Source of the DNA: Bacteroidota bacterium
Lineage (GTDB): Bacteria; Bacteroidota; Bacteroidia; Palsa-965
Direction of reading: 5' to 3'
DNA length: 64,000 nucleotides
Assembly: GCA_046335555.1 (NCBI GenBank)
Contig: JBKDHA010000126.1
Location: forward strand, 9,832 to 73,831
Below the pieces are notes generated by a model, which was given only the letters and a program-made list of their open reading frames with translations, had not been told where the DNA came from and searched no databases. Within the stretch, counting starts at the first letter, position 1. Each line of letters starts with the position of its first letter. This document shows, in pieces, positions 47,342 through 56,866 of this stretch. Made by a program: the position numbers and the translations under genes.

Positions 47342-49466
47342 GTCCGGAGGCTTTTTGCGTTGATCTTTCGGCAGCAGCATGTGTTTTCAGCAAATCAATC
47401 CACCCGGTTGCCTGCTCAAGGTAGCGGGCAGCAAACCCGGGTGAGGCGGGCTGCGAATTAAGCTGAAGGATAAATGCACTGAAACTGCCCTGTCCGCTTA
47501 TTTTTCCGGTTTCGATAAATTGTTTTTCAAAATCGCTGATAAGTGCGTGATGGGTATTTACATGATGCCCGTTTTTCAGCAGCAAGGCTTTAGCCGTATG
47601 GATAAGCGCTGAGTAGCTGAAATAAATACTGTCGGCAAAGCGGCTTTCAGCCAATGCTTCGCGGGCTGATAACACTTTCTCATCTGCTTCAAAAAAGAGC
47701 GTTTGCACAAGATCAATCATTACTCCCGCACACTCACCCACACCAATTGCAGTCTGGAATTTTTCATCTGCTCCCCAATCCCTGAATGCTTCATCATCCA
47801 GGTTACTCAGATCTGCCAGCGGTTTCAGCAACTGATAAAAATACTCCTTCCCTTTGCGATGAAAATACGCGGTGAATGTTTCGCCCGGCTGCTTTTCCGA
47901 TTCAAAATCATTAAGCAGTTTGCGTAATGCATCGGGCGCCCGGCGGGAAGGAATTTTTATAATTTTCTCGGCAAGACGACCTGTGCCGTTACCTGTACTT
48001 CCGCCGCCGCCAAGCACCTGCAACGCAGGCACCACCGCATTGCCCGATTTAAACGAACTGCCATGAAATCCGATCGCTGCCAGTCCATGCTGCCCGCATG
48101 AATTCATACAACCACTTATTTTAATATCCAGCTGCCTGTCGAAAAGCAGATGCGGGAAATCGTCTTCAATCACTTCGCCAAGTGCCAGCGCCACGTGTGT
48201 GCTGTTTGAAATAGCCAGATTACAGGTGTCGGTTCCCGGGCATGCAGTAACGTCTGCCGCTGAACCAAACCCCGGCTTTGCAAGACCAGCCGCCAGCAGA
48301 TCAGTGTAAAGCGCCTGCAGCTCGGGCAAGGTTACATAACGCAGCAGCAGTCCCTGATTAATCGTAATACGGGCATCGTCACTGCGCGAGTATTTGTCAA
48401 TACAGTCTGCAAGTTTGCGTGCAGTTCCGGCATGTATATTTCCAAGCGGCACACGCACATATACACCGTAATATCCTTGCTGCTTCTGTTCAAACACATT
48501 CGAGCGCATCCACGCGGAAAAGCCTTCGGGCGGAGTTGCAGGTACAGCAACCGGAGAAGCTTCTCGCACATAAGGCTTTTCAAATTCATCATATGCAATG
48601 TGGTAATCCTGCACGGTAAGCGCCGGCGTTATTTCGTCAAGCAACTGCAGAAATGCATCCACACCAAGCTGATGAATAAGGTATTTTATGCGTGCCTTGT
48701 GCCGGCTGTGCCGCTCGCCGTAACGGTCGAAAATGCGCAGCACCGATTCGATGAAGGGAATTAGTCTGGATGCCGGTAAAAAAGTATGCAGCAGCTTTGC
48801 CGTGAAGGGCTGTGCCCCCAGTCCGCCACCTGCAAGCACACGGAAGCCGCGTTCGCCGGATTCATTGTACGCAGCAATAAAGCCAATATCATGTATCCAT
48901 GTTAATGCGGCATCGGCTTCACTGTTGGAGAATGCAATTTTTATTTTACGTCCCATCTCCTGCGCAAACGGTTTACGCAGAAAGTAGCGGAATACGGCAT
49001 CGGCATAGGCGCTTACATCAAAGGCTTCACCAGGCCATACACCCGATTCGGCCGGCGAAGTAATGTTGCGTACAGTATTTCCGCAGGCTTCACGCAATGT
49101 AATTTCATCCTGTTCAAGCTTTGCCCAGATTTCCGGCGTATGCTCCAGACTGATGTGATGAAGCTGAATATCCTGACGGGTTGTAAAATGCAGATTGCCG
49201 TTTGAGTATTGTTCGCTGAGAGCTGCTATTTTACGTAACTGTGCGGATGAAATTTTTCCAAACGGAATTTTTATCCTCACCATTTGCACACCTTGCTGCC
49301 GTTGACCGTAAACCCCGCGTGCAAGGCGCAGACTTCTGAATTTTTCAGGATCAATAAGCCCTTCACGGAAAGCCTGGATTTTTTTAGCAAGATCAACAAT
49401 GTCTTTTTCAACAAGCACTTTAGTGCCGTGGCTGATGAGTTCGAATTCAGTACGAAAACTCTGCAT
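47334..49466 (-). CDS. Ferredoxin-dependent sulfite/nitrite reductase with C-terminal HEPN-like domain
   Basis: GVYGQRQ, TTRQDIQLH, siroheme/4Fe-4S cysteines ACPGTDTC and SGCMNSC; C-terminal extension ALAESRFADSIYFSYSALIHTAKALL. Confidence 0.92.
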   Translation of the reverse strand: MQSFRTEFELISHGTKVLVEKDIVDLAKKIQAFREGLIDPEKFRSLRLARGVYGQRQQGVQMVRIKIPFGKISSAQLRKIAALSEQYSNGNLHFTTRQDIQLHHISLEHTPEIWAKLEQDEITLREACGNTVRNITSPAESGVWPGEAFDVSAYADAVFRYFLRKPFAQEMGRKIKIAFSNSEADAALTWIHDIGFIAAYNESGERGFRVLAGGGLGAQPFTAKLLHTFLPASRLIPFIESVLRIFDRYGERHSRHKARIKYLIHQLGVDAFLQLLDEITPALTVQDYHIAYDEFEKPYVREASPVAVPATPPEGFSAWMRSNVFEQKQQGYYGVYVRVPLGNIHAGTARKLADCIDKYSRSDDARITINQGLLLRYVTLPELQALYTDLLAAGLAKPGFGSAADVTACPGTDTCNLAISNSTHVALALGEVIEDDFPHLLFDRQLDIKISGCMNSCGQHGLAAIGFHGSSFKSGNAVVPALQVLGGGGSTGNGTGRLAEKIIKIPSRRAPDALRKLLNDFESEKQPGETFTAYFHRKGKEYFYQLLKPLADLSNLDDEAFRDWGADEKFQTAIGVGECAGVMIDLVQTLFFEADEKVLSAREALAESRFADSIYFSYSALIHTAKALLLKNGHHVNTHHALISDFEKQFIETGKISGQGSFSAFILQLNSQPASPGFAARYLEQATGWIDLLKTHAAAERSTQKASGHE

Positions 49467-49473
49467 GGGTAAA

Positions 49474-50346
49474 TCAGGATTTTACAAATTCATAAATGAG
49501 ATGCCAGTCTTCATTGCTCAGTGTAATAGTATGAGCACTTGCCGCATTGCGAATGCGTTGCAGATCAAGACTACCGATAATTGGCAGGGCCTGCAGCTTG
49601 TAAAGCCATGCCACAGCCACCTGCTCTACATTGGCCGAATAACGTTCTGCAATTTCGGCAAGCAATGAGCGGATTGCTGTAGTACGCGCATCGGTACCTG
49701 TTAAAATCCGTCCCCCGGCCAGCGGCGCAAGTGCAAGCGGTTTGCTGTACTGCTCACGGATCAGATCAAGACGACCATCGCGTATGGCATCCGTTTGAAG
49801 TACACTCAGCTCGATATGATTTGTGACTACCGGAATACTCAAATGAGCAGAAAGCAGTTTATGCTGAAACACATTGAAATTTGATAAACCGATGTAATGA
49901 ATTTTTCTTTTCAATACCAGATCGGTAAGTACGGATGCCGTTTCTTCAGCATTGAACAAGGGATCAAAATCATGCAGCAACAATACATCTACATAATCCG
50001 TTCCCAGGTTTTTGAGCAACTGGTCAACCGTGCTGCGGATCGATTCCTGACTCAGATCGGCGTATAGTTTACCGCTGTGTTTGTTTTTCTGCCATCCCGC
50101 GCGAGCTGCAATAACAACATCTTCACGCTGCACTGCACCGGTTTTGATCAGCTTACCAAAACTCTTCTCCACCTGTTCTGTCCCGTTTGGATTATTCAGA
50201 TCAAATGAAGTGATTCCCAGTTGCTGGCACTCTTCCACAACGGAAGTAAGTAAATCCGTATCCTGCAATTCCTGCTCCCAGCGCCAGAAGCCATATATAG
50301 CCGCTGAAACTTCCGGCCCTGATTCGCTTAATAGATGTTTTTCCAT
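49474..50346 (-). CDS. Aldo/keto reductase (YdhF-like)
   Basis: YGFWRW, LGTDYVDVLLLH, IGLSNF, NHIELS, PLAGG; start MEKHLL. Confidence 0.88.
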   Translation of the reverse strand: MEKHLLSESGPEVSAAIYGFWRWEQELQDTDLLTSVVEECQQLGITSFDLNNPNGTEQVEKSFGKLIKTGAVQREDVVIAARAGWQKNKHSGKLYADLSQESIRSTVDQLLKNLGTDYVDVLLLHDFDPLFNAEETASVLTDLVLKRKIHYIGLSNFNVFQHKLLSAHLSIPVVTNHIELSVLQTDAIRDGRLDLIREQYSKPLALAPLAGGRILTGTDARTTAIRSLLAEIAERYSANVEQVAVAWLYKLQALPIIGSLDLQRIRNAASAHTITLSNEDWHLIYEFVKS

Positions 50347-50371
50347 TGTTGTTTCTATACTATTATTAAAT

Positions 50372-50403
50372 AAAAAACCCTTCTCGCGGCAATGCGGAAG
50401 GGT
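50372..50403 (-). terminator. Attenuator terminator upstream of the sulfite reductase operon
   Basis: ACCCTTC-CGC-ATTGCC-GCG-A-GAAGGGT-TTTTT, 26 nt before the first start codon. Confidence 0.85.
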
Positions 50404-50434
50404 AACTGTATTGGTTGAATACGAACACAATCCG

Positions 50435-50494
50435 CTATTGCCTGTTTCGCATACAGCAGGTTGAACAAAAAGCAGGCATGTGTTTATGTTTCAT
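50435..50494 (-). CDS. Putative Cys-sensing attenuator leader peptide (19 aa)
   Basis: MKHKHMPAFCSTCCMRNRQ*; lies between a promoter and a terminator, with antiterminator pairing. Confidence 0.82.
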   Translation of the reverse strand: MKHKHMPAFCSTCCMRNRQ

Positions 50495-50501
50495 TCGGGT
50501 G

Positions 50502-50509
50502 CAAATGTA
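50502..50509 (-). promoter_or_regulatory. -7 element for the Cys leader/sulfite reductase operon
   Basis: TACATTTG, 7 nt before the leader ATG. Confidence 0.75.
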
Positions 50510-50635
50510 GAGCTGAATAAATGTCATTCCCAAACTTTCGGGCAAGTTTTTTCTATTTTTCCTATCGGTTTTATAGGATTTATGTCGACAAAAAAGGCAA
50601 GATGCTGATAAACAACACCTTGCCGCGTAAAGAAA

Positions 50636-51523
50636 TTAACCGCGCTGTACCACCACACGCCGGGTTATTTTTCCGGAAGGTGTAAGCAGTTCGATGAAGT
50701 AAAAGCCCGGCACCTGATCGGTAAGGTCAATACGATCGGGCAGCGGGTGCGACTGATCGATGACATGCTGCTGTACCGGCGTACCCAGCATGTTGTAAAC
50801 CGTCATGCTAATTACCTGTGTACTGTCGAGCGAAATGCGGAACATGCCTTCGCTTGGGTTGGGAAAAATTTCGATGCCGGCGGGTTCGGCTTTTTTAGGT
50901 ACAGCTACAGTGGCTTTGGGTGCTGGCGTAAGCACTACTGCATCGGCCTGAAACACGCTGCGGATGCTGAAATCATCAAGCCAAACCCCGGCGTTAAGCT
51001 CCGGATGCGAAGCGCGGATACCGATAAAGCGGCCGTTTACCGGTGCGGTAAAACGGATGCTTATTTCTGTCCACGACGCACCAATAGATTGTGCCGACAC
51101 GGTGTAAAACGAAGTATCGAAAACAGAGTCGGTACCCGATACGCTGAGTGTAAGGTTGGGCGAGGCAGTGCGTGTGCGCACCCAGAAACTGAGTGCATAC
51201 TGCTGGCCTTTTTGCAAGGGGCTGTTCAGCTCCATGCTGATGGCTTCGGAACGGATGTCGCCCTGAATGTTTGAAGCAAGGCCCACAAACCAGTTTCCGC
51301 TGTGCGCAGCGCCAAAGCCGCAGTCGGCACTGGCAATATCGGGTTTGCGGAATGCGCCAAAGGCACGCGTGTGCTGCACGTTTGCATTAAACACGGCCGG
51401 CGTGGTGTTGATGAGACACCGGCCTCCGTTTTTTTCAAATCCGCCGTTCATAAACTCCTGCGCATTCAGTGCAGGCGCCAGAAGCATGAGCGGCATTGCG
51501 AGCGTAAGGAAGGTTTTTACCAT
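50636..51523 (-). CDS. T9SS type-A CTD secreted protein with a CBM-like domain
   Basis: Signal peptide; NGGFE...VWLDDFSI; CTD IFPNPSEG...YNMLG...GFYFIEL...RRVVVQ. Confidence 0.88.
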   Translation of the reverse strand: MVKTFLTLAMPLMLLAPALNAQEFMNGGFEKNGGRCLINTTPAVFNANVQHTRAFGAFRKPDIASADCGFGAAHSGNWFVGLASNIQGDIRSEAISMELNSPLQKGQQYALSFWVRTRTASPNLTLSVSGTDSVFDTSFYTVSAQSIGASWTEISIRFTAPVNGRFIGIRASHPELNAGVWLDDFSIRSVFQADAVVLTPAPKATVAVPKKAEPAGIEIFPNPSEGMFRISLDSTQVISMTVYNMLGTPVQQHVIDQSHPLPDRIDLTDQVPGFYFIELLTPSGKITRRVVVQRG

Positions 51524-51683
51524 GGTGTGTGGGAGATTGGTAATACCTGTTCGGTTCGTTTTATGTTATAACTCCATCCGGGGGAAAAGGTTACACCGGA
51601 AAAGTTAACAAGACATAAAGCAAACGCCGTGCCTTTTCCGGTTTTCTGTATTTAAAAACGTAAGCAGCGGCCCGCATATTGCC

Positions 51684-51720
51684 AAAAAAAGCGGCGGATC
51701 AGTGTGTCTGATCCGCCGCT
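51684..51720 (-). terminator. Terminator after gcdH
   Basis: AGCGGCGGATCAG-N5-CTGATCCGCCGCT followed by T7. Confidence 0.88.
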
Positions 51721-51746
51721 GCGAAAGCTTGAAGTTCCGGCTTTAC

Positions 51747-52925
51747 TTAGTTAAATGCGTTGAAACCGGTTACATCCATACCTGTAATGAGCAGGTGAAT
51801 ATCGTGTGTGCCTTCGTATGTAACTACAGATTCGAGATTCATCATGTGGCGCATAATCGGGTATTCGCCTGTGATGCCCATTCCGCCGAGCATTTGACGT
51901 GCTTCGCGGGCGGTTTCGAGTGCCAGGTTTACATTGTTGCGCTTGGCCATTGAAATTTGAGCGGGCGTAGCGCGATTTTCGTTTTTAAGCACACCGAGTC
52001 GCCAAACGAGGAGTTGGCCTTTGGTGATTTCGGTAATCATTTCGGCAAGTTTCTTTTGCTGAAGCTGGAATCCGCCAATGGGCTTACCAAACTGGATGCG
52101 TTCTTTGGAATAACGCAGCGCTGTATCGTAGCAATCCATTGCAGCGCCCAATGCTCCCCAGGCAATACCGTAGCGGGCCGAATTGAGACAGCTCAGCGGG
52201 CCTTTGAGGCCTTTTACTGTGGGGAAAATATTTTCTTTGGGCACTTTTACATTGTCGAACACGAGCTCGCCGGTTGCGCTGGCGCGCAGCGACCATTTGC
52301 CGTGTGTTTCGGGAGTGGTGAAGCCTTCCATGCCGCGTTCTACTACAAGGCCGCGGATATCGCCGTTTTCGTCTTTCGCCCAAACTACGGCGATGTCGGC
52401 AAAAGGTGCATTGGAAATCCACATTTTTGCACCGTTCAGAATTACATGATCTCCGGCATCTTTGAAATTGGTAATCATCCCGGCCGGATTTGAACCGTGG
52501 TCGGGCTCAGTAAGACCGAAACAACCCATGAGTTCGCCGGTAGCCAGCTTGGGAAGGTATTTGCGTTTCTGCTCTTCTGTTCCGTATGTATAAATCGGAT
52601 ACATTACGAGTGAGCTTTGTACAGATGCGGTGGAACGTACACCCGAATCGCCGCGTTCAAGTTCCTGCATAATCAAACCATAGGAGATTTGATCAAGTCC
52701 GGGACCGCCGTATTCAGCCGGAATGTAAGGCCCGAAAGCACCGATTTCGCCGAGACCTTTAAGGATCTGCTTCGGAAACTCAGCACGCTGTGCATAGTCT
52801 TCGATAATGGGCGAAACTTCTTTTTTTACCCAGGCACGGGCGGTGTCGCGGATGAGTTTATGCTCGTCTGTCAGCAGTTCGTCGAGCAAATAGTAATCGG
52901 GAGCCTGAAAATTGTCGGTGGCCAT
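51747..52925 (-). CDS. gcdH: Glutaryl-CoA dehydrogenase-like acyl-CoA dehydrogenase
   Basis: ELERGDSGVRS, CFGLTEPDHGSNP, YEGTHDIHLLI. Confidence 0.9.
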   Translation of the reverse strand: MATDNFQAPDYYLLDELLTDEHKLIRDTARAWVKKEVSPIIEDYAQRAEFPKQILKGLGEIGAFGPYIPAEYGGPGLDQISYGLIMQELERGDSGVRSTASVQSSLVMYPIYTYGTEEQKRKYLPKLATGELMGCFGLTEPDHGSNPAGMITNFKDAGDHVILNGAKMWISNAPFADIAVVWAKDENGDIRGLVVERGMEGFTTPETHGKWSLRASATGELVFDNVKVPKENIFPTVKGLKGPLSCLNSARYGIAWGALGAAMDCYDTALRYSKERIQFGKPIGGFQLQQKKLAEMITEITKGQLLVWRLGVLKNENRATPAQISMAKRNNVNLALETAREARQMLGGMGITGEYPIMRHMMNLESVVTYEGTHDIHLLITGMDVTGFNAFN

Positions 52926-53195
52926 GTTGTATGTTGATTAAGCGCTGCAAAAATAGCGAAATCAATCGCCCAACCGGCAAAACTATTTTTTGTAAAGCAA
53001 TTGACTGAAAATGAGTGGGAGAACTTGTACAAATCGCTGAACATGTAAGTCTGCTTGTTGTTGAATGCTACAGATTAGTATATTTGTTCATACATATAAT
53101 AATACGCTAAGCTGTCTGTCAGCGCCTAATGATTAGTAAGAGTTTGGCACACAAGTTGCCTAAAGCATAACAAACAACATACATTCTTCATCACT

Positions 53196-53750
53196 ATGAA
53201 AAAATTCGCTTTCCTTGTTCTTGCGCTCGGCGCATTTGTAACCACAGCTTCAGCGCAGATTTACAAAGCACAGTCGCGTTCAGTGAAGTTTTATTCGCAC
53301 ACAGCACTCGAAGACATCAGCGCTGTAGATACAACCGCCATCATGATTCTTAACACAACTACAAATGATGTAATTGTGAGCATGAATATCAAAGGCTTCG
53401 ATTTCCCGAACGAACTCATGGAAGAACACTTCAATGAGAACTACATGGAAAGTGAAAAGTTCCCGAAAGCTTCTTTCAAAGGCAAAATCAACGAAAAGGT
53501 TGATTACAAGAAAGACGGAACCTATAACGTAACCATTACTGGAACATTGGGCATGCACGGTGTTGATAAAGCCCGCACCATTCCGGCTACTATTGTTGTT
53601 AAAGGCGGTAAAATTACCGTTGATTGCAAGTTTATGGTTGCTCTGAAAGACCACAATGTGGCCGTTCCTTCTGCAGTAGGTGCTAAAATTGCCGAAAGCG
53701 TTGAAGTAACCGTTCATGCTGATATGGTTGCTGCTCCTACCAAGAAGTAA
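53196..53750 (+). CDS. YceI-family protein
   Basis: Signal peptide; FYSHTALEDI, LMEEHFNENYMESEKFPKASF; TATATTTG at 53079-53086. Confidence 0.92.
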   Translation: MKKFAFLVLALGAFVTTASAQIYKAQSRSVKFYSHTALEDISAVDTTAIMILNTTTNDVIVSMNIKGFDFPNELMEEHFNENYMESEKFPKASFKGKINEKVDYKKDGTYNVTITGTLGMHGVDKARTIPATIVVKGGKITVDCKFMVALKDHNVAVPSAVGAKIAESVEVTVHADMVAAPTKK

Positions 53751-53769
53751 ACGATAATCAAGAATAAGT

Positions 53770-53803
53770 AAGACCCGTCAGCCTCATAGCTGGCGGGTCT
53801 TTT
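53770..53803 (+). terminator. Terminator after the YceI gene
   Basis: AAGACCCGTCAGC-N6-GCTGGCGGGTCTTTT. Confidence 0.8.
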
Positions 53804-53830
53804 GTATTTTTGCAGTGCAAACACTTACTT

Positions 53831-54556
53831 ATGCCAGTTGCCAGTCATTCTGTTCTTTTGCAAATCTTTCAGGCCGACTGGGGCCCTGCAAAGGAATTTG
53901 CACCTGAGCCGGTGGTTGGGGTTGAGGGCAGCAACTGGATTCCGGTATTTCTGTTTTTAGCATTTGCAGCACTTGTAGTACTCCGCGTTTTCGACGGAAG
54001 GCGCATGACACAGCTGGCGGGAGGATTTTTCAGAGCATCGTCGGTTGGCTTGCTTTATCGTGAAGAAAATGCGCTTACCGGCCGGGCATCGTTGCTATTG
54101 CTCCTCAACTTTCTGATTATCACGCCTTTGTTCCTCTGGCAATCCATGGATTACTTTAATATTCCCCGCCAGGGTGTTATGCAGTATATTATGCTTTCGT
54201 TATTAATTGCCGGCATTTATTTGCTAAAAATTGCCGGAACCCGGCTCATGGGCGTAATTTTCGATCAGCGGGAAGCATCAACAGAATACAATTTTAATAT
54301 CCTCCTTTTCAATAAAATATTGGGAGTTCTTCTGTTCCCGGTTACAGTGATGATGGCCTATGCGCACGAAATACCGCAGGGTTGGTTAGTTATTACAGGG
54401 CTAACTGGCTGGGGTATAATTTTGGTTTACAGACTCTTTCGCGGCATTCTGATTGGACTGTCTTCATCAGGATTTTCTCTTATCTATATATTTCTTTATC
54501 TTTGCACCCTTGAAATTTTACCCTTTGTCGTCATTCTGAAACAATTTGCCGGTTAA
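53831..54556 (+). CDS. DUF4271-family membrane protein
   Basis: Multi-TM; C-terminal YIFLYLCTLEILP; precedes hemD. Confidence 0.88.
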   Translation: MPVASHSVLLQIFQADWGPAKEFAPEPVVGVEGSNWIPVFLFLAFAALVVLRVFDGRRMTQLAGGFFRASSVGLLYREENALTGRASLLLLLNFLIITPLFLWQSMDYFNIPRQGVMQYIMLSLLIAGIYLLKIAGTRLMGVIFDQREASTEYNFNILLFNKILGVLLFPVTVMMAYAHEIPQGWLVITGLTGWGIILVYRLFRGILIGLSSSGFSLIYIFLYLCTLEILPFVVILKQFAG

Positions 54557-54583
54557 TTCCGGGAGATCCCCTAACTAGAGCAA

Positions 54584-55363
54584 GTGGCATCAACAAAGAA
54601 TAACAATAACGGCGAACTTCGGGTGAAGAGCATTCTCGTCACCCAGCCGAAGCCAGAGACTGACAAGTCACCGTATGCTGATCTGATCAAGAAGCATGGG
54701 CTGAAAATCGATTTCCGTGAATTCATTCATGTTGAAGGTATTCCCGCACAGGAATTTCGTCAGCAGCGGATCAATCTCAACGAGCATACCGCTGTAATTC
54801 TGACCAGCCGCAATGCGGTTGATCACTTTTTCCGCATCTGCCAGGAAATGCGCTTTACGGTTCCTGATACCATGAAGTATTTCTGCATCTCTGAATCTAC
54901 TGCCTACTACCTTCAGAAGTATGTACAGTACAGAAAGCGGAAGATTTTTCACGGCAAAGCTACTTTCAGTGATCTTATCGACATCATCCGCAAGCATAAA
55001 GAAGACAAGTTTCTTTATCCGTGTTCTGATGTGCATAAGGAAGAAGTACCCGAAATTCTTGAGAAACACAACATTACCTTCTCAAAGGCTGTTCTGTTCC
55101 GCACCGTTTGCAGTGATCTGAGTGATCTTGCAGATGTGTACTATGATATTCTTGTGTTCTTCAGTCCTTCCGGGATCACTTCGCTTTACAAAAACTTCCC
55201 GAAGTTCAAGCAAAACAAAACCCGCATTGCGGCTTTTGGCCCTGCCACAGCAAAAGCTGTAGAAGAAGCCGGGTTGCGTCTTGATATTCATGCACCTCGT
55301 CCCGGAACGCCTTCTATGACAATGGCGCTTGAAGATTACATCAAGCAAGTGAATAAGAAGTAA
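54584..55363 (+). CDS. hemD: Uroporphyrinogen-III synthase
   Basis: VKSILVTQPKP, FREFIHVEG, ILVFFSPSG. Confidence 0.93.
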   Translation: MASTKNNNNGELRVKSILVTQPKPETDKSPYADLIKKHGLKIDFREFIHVEGIPAQEFRQQRINLNEHTAVILTSRNAVDHFFRICQEMRFTVPDTMKYFCISESTAYYLQKYVQYRKRKIFHGKATFSDLIDIIRKHKEDKFLYPCSDVHKEEVPEILEKHNITFSKAVLFRTVCSDLSDLADVYYDILVFFSPSGITSLYKNFPKFKQNKTRIAAFGPATAKAVEEAGLRLDIHAPRPGTPSMTMALEDYIKQVNKK

Positions 55364-55454
55364 GTCCTTTTTCTACTTAATCTATTCATTAGGCTTTAAA
55401 TCAGTTGAAGATTTGGCTTGACAAGTCGTATTTCATTTTGTACTTTTAGGGGAC

Positions 55455-56471
55455 TTGGTGCTATTTAAAGTGTCTAAACTTAGAAAAGAAACGTCAATAA
55501 ATAATTCTGGCAAGTTGAATCCTGCCATAAAAATTCCTGAATTAAAACGAAAAAACTATCAGGTTATAGATATTGGTCTTGATGGTGATGCTCCGAAACA
55601 GTTCATTAAAGCTTATTTCTATGAACCAAACTCAGGAAAAAGAAGAAAAAATAACCGATCCTGGCCTTCCTATATTGCAAAAACTGCAGAAAAATGGTAT
55701 CCACATGAATCGGTTGTAGAATACATGATTAATCGAATAGGTCAGGAAATGGGGCTTAACATGAATAAGATTAAACTTGTTCATATAAATGGGCAGATTC
55801 GCTTTCTGAGTAAATTCTTTTTACGCAAAAATGAAATATTAATACATGGCGCAGAAATTTGTGGAGCATATCTAAATGATACTGATTTTGCTAATGAAAT
55901 TGCGTTGAATAAAAAAACTGCACGCGAGTTTTTTACCTTCGAATTTATTTCAAAAGCTATTCGTGCTGTTTTTCCAAAGCAATCGGATAATATAATGAAT
56001 GAGTTGGTTAAAATGATCACTTTTGACGCTCTCATCGGAAATAACGATCGGCATTTTTATAACTGGGGCGTAATAAGTAGTGCCTTAATCGGCGATTACG
56101 CTGTTAAACTAGCTCCCATATATGATTCTGCCAGAGGTTTATTTTGGAATATGAGTGACGACAATTTAACACATAACTATCATGCAAGCAAAATAGCCGG
56201 AAATAACTTTATTCCAAGGTATGTAAAGACAGCGGCTCCAAGAATTAGCATTGAAGGCAACACTGAAATAAATCATTTTGAATTGATAAATTTTCTTAAA
56301 AAAGGAAACAAAGACTACAAAGAAATCGTTTTAAAATTATCATCTGAAGAAACTGAACAGAAGATATTTACAATGTTAAAACAAGAGTTTTTTCATCTTT
56401 TTATTCCAGAAAGAAATGCGTTGATAACCGAAGTACTAGTTCAACGATTCAAAAAAATAAGGGAGGACTAA
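55455..56471 (+). CDS. HipA-like (HipT-type) Ser/Thr kinase
   Basis: GDAPK, FDALIGNNDRHFYNWG, LAPIYDSA catalytic motifs; visibly AT-rich. Confidence 0.85.
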   Translation: MVLFKVSKLRKETSINNSGKLNPAIKIPELKRKNYQVIDIGLDGDAPKQFIKAYFYEPNSGKRRKNNRSWPSYIAKTAEKWYPHESVVEYMINRIGQEMGLNMNKIKLVHINGQIRFLSKFFLRKNEILIHGAEICGAYLNDTDFANEIALNKKTAREFFTFEFISKAIRAVFPKQSDNIMNELVKMITFDALIGNNDRHFYNWGVISSALIGDYAVKLAPIYDSARGLFWNMSDDNLTHNYHASKIAGNNFIPRYVKTAAPRISIEGNTEINHFELINFLKKGNKDYKEIVLKLSSEETEQKIFTMLKQEFFHLFIPERNALITEVLVQRFKKIRED

Positions 56472-56473
56472 TT

Positions 56474-56866
56474 ATGTTAGAGATATTAAAGAATTTGTTT
56501 AGCAAAGGAGATACCGAAAATATACATCTTCCTAAAAATGAAACACATAACTTTCGTTTGCTTGTTGGTAAACTAGAGATCGGAACACTTCGCTGTGAAG
56601 GTGGAATTTGGTTTTTCAAATATTCTGATGAATTCAAAGAACAGCCTCAGGAATACAAGCCAATTACCGAATTCCCTGATCTTGAAAAAGAATATCAGGA
56701 GGATTTTTTATGGCCGTTCTTCAAAATCCGGATTCCGGGTTTAAAACAACCTGCCATTCAGGAAATTATCCAACAAGAAAAGATCGACCAGCATAATGAA
56801 GCAGTATTGCTTAAACGATTTGGAGAGCGCACGATTGCCAATCCTTATCAACTTCTCGCTAGCTAA
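56474..56866 (+). CDS. HipA N-terminal-domain (HipS-like) protein
   Basis: F.L.VG.LEIGTL...WFFKYSDEF...FPDL...LWPFFKIRIP. Confidence 0.8.
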   Translation: MLEILKNLFSKGDTENIHLPKNETHNFRLLVGKLEIGTLRCEGGIWFFKYSDEFKEQPQEYKPITEFPDLEKEYQEDFLWPFFKIRIPGLKQPAIQEIIQQEKIDQHNEAVLLKRFGERTIANPYQLLAS

